A stretch of 64,000 bases of DNA from an uncultured Actinomycetota bacterium (lineage in GTDB: Bacteria; Actinomycetota; UBA4738): NCBI GenBank assembly GCA_963781595.1, contig CAWAGG010000006.1, positions 1,690,107-1,754,106 of the forward strand, given 5' to 3'. Positions 34,537 through 45,261 of the stretch are shown here, piece by piece (position 1 is the stretch's first letter; every line of letters begins with the position of its first letter). The notes beneath the pieces are model-generated. The model did no database searches. It had not been told where the DNA came from and saw only the letters and a program-made list of their open reading frames with translations. The position numbers and the translations under genes are program-made.

Positions 34537-34784
34537 ATGGGTGAGGAGCGAACGAAGCCGGTCCTCCCGGTACCGAAGGACCTCAGCCGGGAGGAGCTGT
34601 CGATCGCGTTCCGCGTGATCGAGGCCCTGCGGGGCTGCGGTTCGGCAGCGTGCAGCTCCTGGTCCACGACGGCAAGGTCGTGCAGATCGACGTCGCGGAG
34701 AAGCTTCGGCTCCGGGGATCCCCGCCGTCGGCCAGACCGCCGACCTTGGGCTCGCCCGGCGGCCGGGCGACCGGGAGGGCGTGA
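34537..34784 (+). pseudogene. YezD-family (DUF2292) small protein with a broken reading frame
   Basis: Frame 1 gives MGEERTKPVLPVPKDLSREELSIAFRVIEALRG... The -1 frame continues ..LRFGSVQLLVHDGKVVQIDVAEKLRL.., which is the YezD core, and runs to TGA 34782-34784. The switch falls at a G4 run (34631-34634). The span of 248 nt is a multiple of 3 minus 1. Confidence 0.65.
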
Positions 34785-34791
34785 GTCGGAT

Positions 34792-34980
34792 ATGCATGCC
34801 GTCCTGATCGTGCTGGTCCTGCTGATGATCGAACTGGCCGTGGGCCTGGTGCTGCTCGGCACGTGGGTGTCGGAGGGCCGCCGGCGGGCCGAGGAGCTCG
34901 AACGGATCGAGGGCATGGTCCGCCGCGCGGCAGCCCTGAGCCCCGGTGCGGAGCGGGGCGGCGGGCAACGTCCCGCCTGA
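34792..34980 (+). CDS. Small single-pass membrane protein (62 aa), hypothetical
   Basis: MHAVLIVLVLLMIELAVGLVLLGTWV is followed by a charged helix (SEGRRRAEELERIEGMVRR). GGGAGGG lies 12 nt upstream of the ATG. It is the last ORF of the sulfate operon direction. Confidence 0.4.
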   Translation: MHAVLIVLVLLMIELAVGLVLLGTWVSEGRRRAEELERIEGMVRRAAALSPGAERGGGQRPA

Positions 34981-35031
34981 CGTTCGCAGGTCGCGGCCCC
35001 GCGTGCCGATACCATCGGGGTCGTGTCACCC

Positions 35032-36324
35032 ATGACGGAGACGGTTCGGATCGGCCTGCTCGGCTGCGGCAACGTCGGCGCAGCCGTGGCTCGCATGCTC
35101 CACGACCACGCCGAGGACATCGCGCTCCGGACGGGGACGCGCCTTGAGGTCACGCGCGTCGCCGTCCGCGACCTCGCCCGCGACCGCGGCGACGTGCCCG
35201 TGCCGGCCGGCGCGTTCACGGACGACCCGAAAGCCGTCGTGACCGACCCGAACGTCGACGTGGTCGCCGAGGTGATGGGCGGCCTCGACCCGGCGTACGA
35301 CCTCGTGGTCGCGGCGTTCGAGGCCGGCAAGCCCGTCGTGACGGCGAACAAGGAGCTCTTGGCGACGTACGGGGCGGAGCTGTTCGACGCGGCCGCCCGG
35401 TGTGACGTCGACCTGCTCTACGAAGCCTCCGTGGGAGGCGGCATCCCGTTGATCCGGCCGCTCCTCGAGAGCCTCGCCGGCGAGCGGATCGTCCGGGTCA
35501 TGGGGATCGTGAACGGCACGACGAACTACATCCTCACGCGGATGAGCGAGGAGGGGTCGTCGCTGGCGGAGGCGCTGGCCGAAGCCCAGGCGCTCGGGTT
35601 CGCCGAGGCCGACCCGACCGCGGACGTCGAGGGGTTCGACGCGGCGGCGAAGGCGGCGATCCTGGCCGCGATCGCGTTCGACGCGCGCGTCGTCGTCGGC
35701 GACGTCTACCGCGAGGGGATCTCGGGCATCTCGGCGGAGGACATCGCGAACGCGCGCCGGCTCGGCTACGTCGTCAAGCTCCTGGCGATCGCGGAGGCCG
35801 TGAACGGCTCGGTCTCCGTTCGCGTCCACCCCGCGATGATCCCCGACGATCACCCGCTGGCCGGGGTTCGGCACAGCTTCAACGCCGTGCTGATCGAGGG
35901 CGAACGGGTCGGCGAGCTGATGCTCACGGGCCGTGGCGCCGGTGGCGATCCGACGGCGACGTCGGTCGTCGGCGACCTGATCGAGGCTGCGCGGAACCTC
36001 CGGCAAGGGGGTCGTTCGGCCGGCGCCGCCCGGGCGCGGCCCCGCGCGATCCTGCCGATCGACGGGGTCCCGGGCCAGTACTACTTCCTCCTGCGCGTCG
36101 ACGATCGCCCTGGCGTGCTGGCCGCGATCGCTGCGGCGTTCGCCGAGCACGATGTCTCGATCAAGTCGGTCTGGCAGGACGGGCACGGCGACGAGGCGCA
36201 GCTGGTGGTGATCACCCACCGCGCGGCCGAACGGGGACTCCGCGCGTGCGCCGAACGCCTCCGATCGCTCGACGCGGTGCGCGAGGTGGGCTCGGTGATC
36301 CGCGTCGAGGCCGGCGAGCCGTGA
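35032..36324 (+). CDS. hom: Homoserine dehydrogenase (with C-terminal ACT domain)
   Basis: NAD-binding motif [10 protein letters not shown], ..[12 protein letters not shown].., and a C-terminal ACT-like region ([31 protein letters not shown]). GTG 35023 is an alternative start. Confidence 0.92.
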   Translation: MTETVRIGLLGCGNVGAAVARMLHDHAEDIALRTGTRLEVTRVAVRDLARDRGDVPVPAGAFTDDPKAVVTDPNVDVVAEVMGGLDPAYDLVVAAFEAGKPVVTANKELLATYGAELFDAAARCDVDLLYEASVGGGIPLIRPLLESLAGERIVRVMGIVNGTTNYILTRMSEEGSSLAEALAEAQALGFAEADPTADVEGFDAAAKAAILAAIAFDARVVVGDVYREGISGISAEDIANARRLGYVVKLLAIAEAVNGSVSVRVHPAMIPDDHPLAGVRHSFNAVLIEGERVGELMLTGRGAGGDPTATSVVGDLIEAARNLRQGGRSAGAARARPRAILPIDGVPGQYYFLLRVDDRPGVLAAIAAAFAEHDVSIKSVWQDGHGDEAQLVVITHRAAERGLRACAERLRSLDAVREVGSVIRVEAGEP

Positions 36325-37412
36325 CCGCGCACCAGTGGCGGGGCGTGATCGAGGAGTACCGGTCGCGCCTCCCCGTGGACGACGCCACACCGGTGATCAC
36401 GCTACGCGAGGGCGGGACACCGCTGGTCCACAGCGGCCGGCTCTCGGTCGAGACCGGCTGCGAGGTGCACCTGAAGTTCGAGGGCACGAACCCGACCGGT
36501 TCGTTCAAGGACCGCGGGATGACGGTCGCGGTGTCGAAGGCCGTCGGAGCCGACGCGTCGGCCGTCGTGTGCGCGTCCACGGGCAACACGAGCGCCTCGG
36601 CCGCTGCGTACGCGGCGAAGGCTGGCCTGACTTGCGCCGTGATCGTGCCGCGCGGCAAGATCGCCCCCGGCAAGATGGCGCAGGCGCTCGCTCATGGCGC
36701 CACCGTGATCGAGATCGACGGGAACTTCGACGCGGCCCTCTCGGTCGCCCGCGAACTGGCCGAACGGTTCGACGTCGAGCTGGTGAACTCCGTTAACCCC
36801 TTCCGCATCCAGGGGCAGAAGACACTGGCGTTCGAGGTGTGCGACGCGCTCGGTAGGGGGCCGGACCTGCACCTGGTCCCGGTGGGGAACGCCGGGAACA
36901 TCACGAGCCACTGGCTCGGCTACGGCGAGTACATGGCCGACGGCGTGACCGCGACGACCCCGCGGATGTTCGGCTTCCAGGCCGCGGGCGCGGCGCCGAT
37001 CGTGCTCGGCTATCCGGTCGACGAACCCGAGACCGTCGCCACCGCGATCCGGATCGGGGACCCGGCGTCGTGGGGGAGCGCGGTCAGGGCGGCCGAGGAG
37101 AGCGGCGGGGAGATCCTGGCCGTCACCGACGAGCAGATCCTCGCGGCGCAGCGACGGCTGATGCGCGAGGAGGGGTTGTTCGTCGAACCCGCCTCGGCGG
37201 CATCCGTCGCGGGACTCCTGTCGCTGCATGAGTCCGGCCGGCTCACGAGCGGTTCGACCCTCGTGTGCGTGCTCACGGGCCACGGTCTCAAGGACCCGCA
37301 GTGGGGTATCGAAGGCGCTCCGGAGCCCCTGTCGCTCTCCGCCGACGCGGCCGCGATCGCGCTGAGCCTGGAGTTACCTCCCAGGTCAGGGTCGGGCGAT
37401 CCTCAGGAGTAG
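36321..37412 (+). CDS. thrC: Threonine synthase
   Basis: The GTG overlaps the hom stop (GTGA). The PLP-lysine block is [19 protein letters not shown], and ..[11 protein letters not shown].. is also present. Confidence 0.92.
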   Translation: MTAHQWRGVIEEYRSRLPVDDATPVITLREGGTPLVHSGRLSVETGCEVHLKFEGTNPTGSFKDRGMTVAVSKAVGADASAVVCASTGNTSASAAAYAAKAGLTCAVIVPRGKIAPGKMAQALAHGATVIEIDGNFDAALSVARELAERFDVELVNSVNPFRIQGQKTLAFEVCDALGRGPDLHLVPVGNAGNITSHWLGYGEYMADGVTATTPRMFGFQAAGAAPIVLGYPVDEPETVATAIRIGDPASWGSAVRAAEESGGEILAVTDEQILAAQRRLMREEGLFVEPASAASVAGLLSLHESGRLTSGSTLVCVLTGHGLKDPQWGIEGAPEPLSLSADAAAIALSLELPPRSGSGDPQE

Positions 37413-38557
37413 AGCTCGATCAGCTGCGCGGCGGCGCTGCCGTCCGAGGGCGTCGAGATCCCGACCGCCCACATCTGCTTCGTCCCCGGTACGCTCGCAA
37501 CGGCGAACAGGTTCGACTCCGCGTACCGACCCTGCGGGCTCCGAACGACCCTCCATGCGGCCCCGTTCCACCACTCGGTCAGGGTAAGGATCGGGCCACG
37601 GTGCGGCTGATGCTCTCCGACGGCCCAGACGGACGAGGGGGATCGAGCGACCAGATCATTGAGCTGCCCGTACCCCGTGCCGAAGTCGTCGACGACCGAC
37701 CACGCCTTCCCGTCCCAGTGCTCCAGGAGACGCTTCTCCGTCGCGAGGCTTTCTCCCACGGCCCACACGTCGGAGCCGGACGTCGCGGCGACACCCCCGA
37801 GGAGCGTCAGGGGATCGGTCGATGCATCGGGGACGATCTGCCACGACCGACCATCCCAGTGCTCCGTCAGGGCGTGGTCGGCCACGCCGCTGTTGCCGAC
37901 GGCCCACGCATCGTCCTCGGACACAGCGGTGATTGCGTCCAGCTCACCCCCGTTCGGCGGATCCTGCGTCTCGACGATCTTCCAGCGCGAACCGTTCCAC
38001 CGTTCGATCATCGGAGCGTACGGGCCTCCCCAGTCGGCTTGCGAATAGCCGGCGACCCAGATCCTGCCGGCGGTACCCGCTCGGGACAGGTCATAGAGGC
38101 CGGACGCCGCGCCTGGACTGGGGCTCGGCACGACGCTCCACGACGACCCGTCCCAGTGTTCGATCAGCGCGATGTCGAGCGAACGCTTCCCGCTCGACGA
38201 TCCGATGGCCCACACGTTGTCCTGCGACAGCGCGAGGACCCCGCTGAGTCCGGCGTAGTAGCCGGGGCTGGGGCTCGGCACGACGCTCCACGACGAACCG
38301 TCCCAATGTTCGATGAGCGGGTTGATGTGATGGTGGGGTGGGTCCCGCCAGTATTCGCCGACGGCCCACGCGTCGGTCGGGGTGAGGGCGCTCACGTCGG
38401 CGAGGTATCCCTCCCCGCCGGGGTCCGGGGTCGGCACCACGCTCCACGTACCCGTCGGATGAGCGGGCGACGAGACAGCGGCCGGGAGGGGAGCCAACCA
38501 GAGCGCGGCGGCCATGGTTCCCAGCACGACGGCGGTCGAACCGAGACGTCGGATCAT
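37403..38557 (-). CDS. Secreted beta-propeller-type repeat protein (WAVG / EHWDG(S)SW..V blades), function unknown
   Basis: Signal-like N-terminus [27 protein letters not shown]. About seven units of roughly 50 aa contain ..D(A/V)WAVG.. and ..(I/L)EHWDG..W..V... The 3' end overlaps the thrC stop region by 10 nt (convergent). Confidence 0.65.
   Translation of the reverse strand: MIRRLGSTAVVLGTMAAALWLAPLPAAVSSPAHPTGTWSVVPTPDPGGEGYLADVSALTPTDAWAVGEYWRDPPHHHINPLIEHWDGSSWSVVPSPSPGYYAGLSGVLALSQDNVWAIGSSSGKRSLDIALIEHWDGSSWSVVPSPSPGAASGLYDLSRAGTAGRIWVAGYSQADWGGPYAPMIERWNGSRWKIVETQDPPNGGELDAITAVSEDDAWAVGNSGVADHALTEHWDGRSWQIVPDASTDPLTLLGGVAATSGSDVWAVGESLATEKRLLEHWDGKAWSVVDDFGTGYGQLNDLVARSPSSVWAVGEHQPHRGPILTLTEWWNGAAWRVVRSPQGRYAESNLFAVASVPGTKQMWAVGISTPSDGSAAAQLIELYS
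38118..38314 (-). repeat. Near-identical 47-nt intragenic repeats in the propeller gene
   Basis: 38118-38164 and 38268-38314 differ at 2 of 47 positions and are exactly 150 nt apart. Both encode [18 protein letters not shown]. Confidence 0.85.
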
Positions 38558-38643
38558 CGGCCCCGCTCGCACCATCGAAGCATCGCACGACGGACGGCCC
38601 GCCGCGCGAGGGTAGGCCGGCCGCCCGACCTTCGCGGGGTAGC

Positions 38644-40083
38644 ATGCGCGCCGTGGGCCCTTCGACCGCCGGAACCCTGTCTGCGCTCCTTCCGATCGGA
38701 TCCGTGACGACCGAGCCTCGCGTGCTCGCCGCGGCCGCGCACGACTGGTGGACGCTGGACCTCCTGCGGAGTGCACGGGGCGATGAGACCGAGCTTCCTG
38801 CAGCGGTCGCGCGCCCAGCCTCGACCGATGAGGTCGCGACGATCCTCCGGTGGGCGACCGAGACCGGCACGGCGGTCGTTCCTCGCGGGGGCGGGTCGGG
38901 CGTCTGCGGGGCCGCCCGCGCGGGCAGCGGTTCGATCGTCCTGGACCTCTCGAGGATGAACCGCGTCCTCGAGGTCGACGACGTCTCGCGTGTGGTTCGC
39001 GTCGAAGCCGGGATCCGTGGCGACGCGCTCGAAGCGGCCCTCGAGCCGCACGGGCTCACGGTCGGTCACTACCCGCAATCGATCGAGCTGTCGACGGTCG
39101 GCGGGTGGATCGCGGCGGCGTCCGCGGGCCAGGCGTCAGCCGGGTTCGGCGCGATCGAGGATCGTCTGCTCGGGCTCACGGCCGTCATGGCCGGCGGTGA
39201 GGTTCTCCACCTGCGAGCCGTGCCGCGCTCGGCGATGGGCCCGGACATCCGGCGGCTGTTGATCGGTTCGGAGGGCGCGTTCGCCGTCGTGACCGAAGCG
39301 ACCCTGGCGTGCGCCTCCCTCCCGCGCGCCGTCGCCTGGGACGCGTTCGGCTTCGGGTCGTCGTTCGAGGCCTGCCTTGACGCCCTGCGCCGCGTGACGC
39401 AGGCGGACCTGCACCCGCTCGTCGTCCGCGGGTACGACGAAGCGGACGCGACGCTCGCGTTCGGCCGGATGGGCCACCCGGGCGGTGCGGTCGCGATCGT
39501 GGGGTTCGACGCGGCGTCGCCGGGCGTCGACGAACGCCGCGCCGCGGCCGCCGAGGCGCTCGGGGACGTCACCGAGGCGCTCGGTTCCGCGTACGGCGAG
39601 CATTGGTGGGAGCATCGCAACGACGCGGTCGGTACCTACCGGAAGGTGATGGGCGAGGAGCGGATGTTCGGCCCCGGCGTCGTCGTCGACACGCTCGAGG
39701 TCGCTGCGCTCTGGCGCGACGTCCCCAGCATGTACTCGAACGTCCGGGGCGGGTTGCTCGCGCACGCCGAGGCCGTCGGATGCCACCTCTCGCATCCGTA
39801 CCCCTCCGGCGCGTCGCTGTACTTCACGTTCCTGGTGCGGGCCGCCGACGACCGTGCCGTCGAGGGCGCCTACCTCGCGGCGTTCGACACGGCGGCCGCC
39901 GCCTGCCTGGAGGCGGGAGGGACGCTCTCGCACCACCACGGCGTCGGGCTCCTGAAGGCGCCGTTCCTGGAAGAGGAACTCGGCGCGACCGGCGCAGATT
40001 TGCTCCGGCGCATCAAAGCCGCGGTCGACCCGGCGGGCGTCCTGAACCCGGGCAAGCTCGGCGCACCGGGAGGCGATCGATGA
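38644..40083 (+). CDS. FAD-binding (PCMH-type) oxidase, alkyl-DHAP-synthase/GlcD-like (Rv2251-like)
   Basis: The FAD-binding block is ..AVARPASTDEVATILRWATETGTAVVPRGGGSGVCG.. The C-terminal ..HHHGVGLLKAPFL..DPAGVLNPGKL is typical of FAD-linked oxidases. Confidence 0.8.
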   Translation: MRAVGPSTAGTLSALLPIGSVTTEPRVLAAAAHDWWTLDLLRSARGDETELPAAVARPASTDEVATILRWATETGTAVVPRGGGSGVCGAARAGSGSIVLDLSRMNRVLEVDDVSRVVRVEAGIRGDALEAALEPHGLTVGHYPQSIELSTVGGWIAAASAGQASAGFGAIEDRLLGLTAVMAGGEVLHLRAVPRSAMGPDIRRLLIGSEGAFAVVTEATLACASLPRAVAWDAFGFGSSFEACLDALRRVTQADLHPLVVRGYDEADATLAFGRMGHPGGAVAIVGFDAASPGVDERRAAAAEALGDVTEALGSAYGEHWWEHRNDAVGTYRKVMGEERMFGPGVVVDTLEVAALWRDVPSMYSNVRGGLLAHAEAVGCHLSHPYPSGASLYFTFLVRAADDRAVEGAYLAAFDTAAAACLEAGGTLSHHHGVGLLKAPFLEEELGATGADLLRRIKAAVDPAGVLNPGKLGAPGGDR

Positions 40084-41006
40084 CGAACCCGTTCGGTCCG
40101 ATGACGATGATCGTGAACCCGGTGTCGGGCAAGGGGAGGGTCGCCGCCGCGCTGCCGAACATCGAGGAGGCGGTGCGCCGCGAAGGCCTCGAGTACCGGA
40201 TCGAGGTGACCCGCGGACCCGGCGACGCGTCGACGGCGGCGCGCGAGGCGCTGCGAGCCGGCGAGCGGTTCATCGTCGCGGTCGGCGGCGACGGAACGAT
40301 CCACGAGGTCGTCAACGGCATGATCGCCGGCGACGCCGCGATCCGGGCGGACGCCGTGCTGGGTGTCGTCGCGGCGGGGTCGGGTTCGGACTTCGTACGG
40401 ACGTTCGACCTGCCGGGCGACTCGGTCCGCGCGTGCGCGCACCTGGCGGGCGAGGCGACGCGGCCGCTCGACGTCGGGAAAGTAACGTATGTTGACCATC
40501 TGTCCGGCACCCGGGCCGTCCGGTACTTCGCGAACATCGCCGAGGTCGGGCTCGGCGCGGCCACCGTCGCGAGGGCCGCGGGGCTGCCCAGGTCGATCGG
40601 GCGTTCGCGCTACGTCCTGGGGTTCTGGATGACGCTGCCGGGGTTCAGGAACTGCCCCGTGCGCTTGGAGGTGGACGAGCGCAGGTTCGAGGGCCGCATC
40701 CACAACCTGGTCGTCGCGAACGGGCGGTTCTTCGGCGGCGGCATGCACATCTCGCCGAAGTCCCAGCCCGACGACGGGGCGTTCGACGTGCTGGTGATGA
40801 AGGGGCCGAAGTCGGATTCGTTCACGACGATCCCGAAGGTCTACAGGGGTGCGCACCTGCCTGACGACGACATCGTCGAGCTGACGGCGTCGCGGGTCCA
40901 TGTCGGAGCCGACCGGCCGCTCCCGATCGAGGCGGACGGCGAGGTCCTGGGCACGACGCCGGCGACGTTCGAGCTGCTCCCGAGGCCGCTCCTGCTGAAG
41001 GTCTGA
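40080..41006 (+). CDS. Diacylglycerol-kinase-family lipid kinase (Rv2252-like)
   Basis: The ATG overlaps the upstream stop (ATGA). ..MIVNPVSGKG.. and ..VAVGGDGTIHEVVNG.. (the GGDG catalytic motif) are present. Confidence 0.88.
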   Translation: MTNPFGPMTMIVNPVSGKGRVAAALPNIEEAVRREGLEYRIEVTRGPGDASTAAREALRAGERFIVAVGGDGTIHEVVNGMIAGDAAIRADAVLGVVAAGSGSDFVRTFDLPGDSVRACAHLAGEATRPLDVGKVTYVDHLSGTRAVRYFANIAEVGLGAATVARAAGLPRSIGRSRYVLGFWMTLPGFRNCPVRLEVDERRFEGRIHNLVVANGRFFGGGMHISPKSQPDDGAFDVLVMKGPKSDSFTTIPKVYRGAHLPDDDIVELTASRVHVGADRPLPIEADGEVLGTTPATFELLPRPLLLKV

Positions 41007-41024
41007 CGCGCTCCGCGTCGCCGC

Positions 41025-42536
41025 CTACCCGGCGGCCGCCCTCGATCCGGCCGCCTCGTCGAGCGACGCGATGCGGGTGCGACGGACCATGACGTCGTCC
41101 TGCGTTAGCGCCATCTCGCGCTCCCGCGCCATGCGCGCCTCCACGGCGAGGACCGGGAGGCCATCCACGAGCGGTTCGGCCAAGGATCGCTCCTCGCGGA
41201 TCATCGCGAGCGCCTGCGTCCAGTCGTCGCCGAAGCGGAACACCAGCCGACGGGCCGCACCGGCGTCGAGCCCGACGGTCGGAGCTTCGGCCTCCGCTCG
41301 CCCGATCGCCTCGGGCAGCGCGACCGTCAGGCCGAGCGGGATCTCGCGCGTCCGGCACACCGATCGCATGCCGAGCGCGTCGGTCACGCGGTCGACCAGG
41401 TCCTCCGCCATGGCTCGGTACGTCGTGAGCTTCCCACCGGTGATCGTGAACAATCCGGGCGGCTCCTCGTCGATCGAGTGCCGTCGCGACAGATCCGTCG
41501 TCCCCGCGTCGCCGCGGTCGAGGAGCGGGCGCAGTCCCGCCCAGGACGCCACCACGTCGTCCGCGGTGACGCCGGGGAACGCCCGGGCGATCGGTTCGAG
41601 CAGGTACTCGACGTCATCCGGTGTGACGGCGGGATCGTCGAGGTCGCCCTGGTACGGCGTGTCCGATGTTCCCGCGTACGTACGGTCGGCCCACGGCATC
41701 ACGAACACGTGCCGGCCATCGCCGGCGGGCAGCCCGACGGCGGCGGTGGTCCGGATCGCGCCCGGCCGGAACACCAGGTGGATGCCCTTGCTCGGGCGCA
41801 TCAGCTCGGGGGCGGAGCATCCCAGCGCCCGGACGCGGTCGGCCCACACCCCGGTCGCGTTGGCGACCGCTCGGGCTCGAACGTCGAACCCTCCTCCCGT
41901 CATGGCATCGCGAACGCGCGCTCCCGTCACCCGGCCCGACGCCGCCTCCTGCTGGAACGCCGTCACCTCCGCGTGGTTCGCGACCAGCGCCCCGAACGAC
42001 CTCGCTGTGCCGACCACAGCGAGCGTGAGCCGGGCGTCGTCCGTTCGGCACTCCGGGTACGTCAGCGCCCGGGTCGGGTGTTCGAACCCCGGGACCGCGC
42101 GCGCGACCTCGTCGGCGCCGGCGCGACGGTGGCGACGGACGTTCCGCCCGGCGGCCAGCGCGTCGTAGACGGTGAGCCCGGCGCCCAGGAGCGCGCGACG
42201 ACGGATCGACGGCTCCGGAACGTAGAAGCGCACCGGCCGGACCAGGTGCGGCGCCAACCGCAGCAGGATCGCGCGCTCGCGGAGCGCCTCGCGGACCAGG
42301 CCGACCTCCAGGTGCTCCAGGTATCGGAGCCCGCCGTGGATCATCCGGGACGAGCCCCCCGACGTGCCCGACGCGAAATCGTCGCGTTCGACGAGCGCGA
42401 CCGAGAGCCCGCGTGACGCCGCGTCCAGTGCGATCCCGGCGCCGCTGATGCCGCCGCCGATGACGAGGACGTCGTACGTCCCTTCGGCCATGCGGGCGAG
42501 GTCCGACCGGCGCGACTCGGGCGTGAGGGGCAGCAT
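41025..42536 (-). CDS. glpD: FAD-dependent glycerol-3-phosphate dehydrogenase
   Basis: ..[53 protein letters not shown].. is the canonical GlpD N-terminus. 503 aa. Confidence 0.9.
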   Translation of the reverse strand: MLPLTPESRRSDLARMAEGTYDVLVIGGGISGAGIALDAASRGLSVALVERDDFASGTSGGSSRMIHGGLRYLEHLEVGLVREALRERAILLRLAPHLVRPVRFYVPEPSIRRRALLGAGLTVYDALAAGRNVRRHRRAGADEVARAVPGFEHPTRALTYPECRTDDARLTLAVVGTARSFGALVANHAEVTAFQQEAASGRVTGARVRDAMTGGGFDVRARAVANATGVWADRVRALGCSAPELMRPSKGIHLVFRPGAIRTTAAVGLPAGDGRHVFVMPWADRTYAGTSDTPYQGDLDDPAVTPDDVEYLLEPIARAFPGVTADDVVASWAGLRPLLDRGDAGTTDLSRRHSIDEEPPGLFTITGGKLTTYRAMAEDLVDRVTDALGMRSVCRTREIPLGLTVALPEAIGRAEAEAPTVGLDAGAARRLVFRFGDDWTQALAMIREERSLAEPLVDGLPVLAVEARMAREREMALTQDDVMVRRTRIASLDEAAGSRAAAG

Positions 42537-42610
42537 CGTCGCCGACCAGCGTACCGACGGCGCCGCACGCGACCGGCCAGCGACGAACGACCCGCTACCA
42601 TTCTTGGACC

Positions 42611-45064
42611 ATGCGCCGCTACGAGCCGTCCGAGATCGAACCGAAATGGCAGCGGGTCTGGGAGGAGGAGGAGCTCTACCGCGCCTCCGACGACCCCGAC
42701 GACCCGCGGCCGCGCTTCTACGCGCTGGACATGTTCCCGTATCCCTCGGGCGATCTGCACATGGGCCACGTCGAGGCCTTCAGCGGCGGCGACGTCGTCG
42801 CTCGGTTCCACGCGCTCCGCGGCGCGAACGTGATGCACCCGATCGGATGGGACGCGTTCGGCCTGAATGCGGAGAACGCGGCGATCAAGCGCGGAGTCGA
42901 TCCCAAGGAATGGACGTACGCGAACATCGCGCAGCAGGCGGCGTCGTTCAAGCGGCTGGGGATGTCGTTCGACTGGACGCGGATCGTCCGCACGTGCGAC
43001 CCCGAGTACTACCGCTGGACGCAGTGGCTGTTCCTGCGGCTGTTCGAGCGCGGCTGGGCGTACCGCAAGAACGCGCCGGTGAACTGGTGCCCGAAGGACC
43101 AGACGGTCCTGGCGAACGAGCAGGTGATCCAAGGCGCCTGCGAACGCTGCGGCACCATGGTCGAACGGCGCGACCTGACCCAGTGGTTCTTCCGGGTCAC
43201 GGAGTTCGCGCAGCGTCTGCTGGACGACATGGACCAGATGGTCGAATGGCCCGAGCGCGTGATCACGATGCAGCGGAACTGGATCGGGCGCTCCGAGGGC
43301 GCGGACGTGGAGTTCGAGGTCGCGGAGACGGGCCAGAGGATCACGGTGTTCACGACGCGGCCCGACACGCTGTGGGGCGTCACGTTCTTCGTGTTCGCGG
43401 TCGAACACCCGTTGGTCCCGGAACTGGCGCGCCTGGCCGGTACGTGGTCCGACGTCGAACCGCTGCTCGAGAAGGTCCGGCACACGCCGCTCAACTCGCG
43501 CGAGGCGGCCGACACGAAGGAGGGCGTGGCGCTCGGCGTCCACGTCGTGAACCCCGTGAACGGCGAACGCATCCTGGTCTTCGTGGCGCCGTACGTACTG
43601 ATGGAGTACGGGACCGGCGCGGTGATGGGTGTGCCCGCGCACGACCAGCGCGACTTCGAGTTCGCCCGCGAGCATGGGCTGCCCGTGCGCGTGGTGATCG
43701 CGCCGCCGGGCGCCGACCTGGATCCGGATGCGATGGACGCCGCGTACCCGCACGAGGGCGTGATGGTGAACTCGGGACCGTTCGACGGGACGCCGTCGCC
43801 GGAGTCGATCGGCAGGGTCGCCAGCTGGCTGGCCGAACAGGGCTTCGGCAAGCCGTCGGTGACGTTCCGGCTGCGCGACTGGCTGATCAGCCGGCAGCGC
43901 TACTGGGGCCCGCCGATCCCGATCGTGCACTGCCCGACGTGCGGCGAGGTCCCCGTGCCGGACGACCAGCTGCCGGTCCTGCTGCCCGACGACGTCGACT
44001 TCCAGCCCGGCGGCGAATCACCGCTGGCGCGCCACCCGACGTGGAGATTCGTCACGTGCCCCTCGTGCGGCGGCCCGGCCGAGCGCGACACCGACACGCT
44101 GGACACGTTCGTGGATTCGTCCTGGTACTTCTTCCGGTACTGCTCGCCGGACGACGAGGACGGGCCGTTCCGCCTGGCGGACATCGAACGCTGGATGCCC
44201 ACCGACCAGTACACGGGCGGTGTCGAGCACGCGATCCTGCACCTGCTCTACTGCCGGTTCTTCACCAAGGCGCTGTTCGACCTGGGGATGGTGCCGTTCA
44301 CCGAGCCGTTCCCGCGGCTGATGAATCAGGGTCAGGTGATCTACGGCGGCGCGGCGATGTCGAAGACGAAGGGGAACATCGTCGAGCCGATGCCGATCGT
44401 GGAGCGGTGGGGGGCGGACACGATCCGGCTGATGATGCTGTTCGCGAACCCGTTCCGCGACGACATCGACTGGGCGCTGATCGCGGACGACCCGAACCGT
44501 CGGCCCGGCGTGAACTCGTGGCTGGGCCGGGTGTTCGCGGCGGTGGGCGATGCCGTCGAGCGTGGCGCGTCGGCCGAGGAACCCGAGGCGCTGGTCCGTC
44601 TGACGCACCGGACGATCGCGGGGGCCACCGACGACCTGGAGCGGTTCCGGTTCAACGTCGCGATCTCGAAGCTGATGGTGCTGACGAACGAGATCCGTTC
44701 GACGCTGGATGCGGGCGGGGGAGCGCTGGCGGCGGTCCGGGCGCTGGTCGTGATGCTCGCGCCGTTCGCGCCGTTCGCGGCCGAGGAGCTATGGCGGGTC
44801 GACCTTGGCGAACCGGCGACGGTGCATCGCGCGTCGTGGCCGTCGTTCGACCCAGCGTTGGCGGCGCAGGAGACGGCGACGCTGGTCGTACAGGTGGACG
44901 GGAAGGTGCGCGATCGCCTGATCGTGCCGGCCGACGCGAGCGAAGAGGCGTGCCGGTCGGCGGCACTGGCGTCGCCGAGGGTCGCGGCGCTGCTGAACGG
45001 CGGCGAGCCGGCGCGCGTGATCGTGCGACCGCCGCGTCTGGTGAACGTCGTCACGCGGGGCTGA
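42611..45064 (+). CDS. leuS: Leucyl-tRNA synthetase
   Basis: 817 aa. The HIGH-type motif is [11 protein letters not shown], the KMSKS-type motif is AMSKTKGN, and the CP1 editing-domain blocks are present. Confidence 0.97.
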   Translation: MRRYEPSEIEPKWQRVWEEEELYRASDDPDDPRPRFYALDMFPYPSGDLHMGHVEAFSGGDVVARFHALRGANVMHPIGWDAFGLNAENAAIKRGVDPKEWTYANIAQQAASFKRLGMSFDWTRIVRTCDPEYYRWTQWLFLRLFERGWAYRKNAPVNWCPKDQTVLANEQVIQGACERCGTMVERRDLTQWFFRVTEFAQRLLDDMDQMVEWPERVITMQRNWIGRSEGADVEFEVAETGQRITVFTTRPDTLWGVTFFVFAVEHPLVPELARLAGTWSDVEPLLEKVRHTPLNSREAADTKEGVALGVHVVNPVNGERILVFVAPYVLMEYGTGAVMGVPAHDQRDFEFAREHGLPVRVVIAPPGADLDPDAMDAAYPHEGVMVNSGPFDGTPSPESIGRVASWLAEQGFGKPSVTFRLRDWLISRQRYWGPPIPIVHCPTCGEVPVPDDQLPVLLPDDVDFQPGGESPLARHPTWRFVTCPSCGGPAERDTDTLDTFVDSSWYFFRYCSPDDEDGPFRLADIERWMPTDQYTGGVEHAILHLLYCRFFTKALFDLGMVPFTEPFPRLMNQGQVIYGGAAMSKTKGNIVEPMPIVERWGADTIRLMMLFANPFRDDIDWALIADDPNRRPGVNSWLGRVFAAVGDAVERGASAEEPEALVRLTHRTIAGATDDLERFRFNVAISKLMVLTNEIRSTLDAGGGALAAVRALVVMLAPFAPFAAEELWRVDLGEPATVHRASWPSFDPALAAQETATLVVQVDGKVRDRLIVPADASEEACRSAALASPRVAALLNGGEPARVIVRPPRLVNVVTRG

Positions 45065-45261
45065 CCGGCCCGTCGGCGAGTTCCTCCCTCGGGTGTGACG
45101 CCGGTCAATGTCGGCTGGAGCGCGCGCTGCTACCGTCGCTCCGCCGAGCGCGTGACCGTGACGCTGCCCGGTCGTCCTTCCTCGGATGACAGCCTCCTCC
45201 TCCCTGCGGGCGGGCTCCGGCGTGCCCGGCGCGGGGCGGACGTGAGCGCCGAGGGGGACCG

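Noticed and set aside
36321-37412. Absence of thrB after hom-thrC as a sign of rearrangement or gene loss
   Set aside because: The location of thrB varies among bacteria, and it may lie elsewhere in the genome. This cannot be evaluated from one window.
41005-41019. A GACGCG-CTC-CGCGTC hairpin between the convergent lipid kinase and glpD genes, as a terminator
   Set aside because: It has only a 6-bp stem with a 3-nt loop, overlaps the stop codon, and has no U-tract. That is too weak to call.
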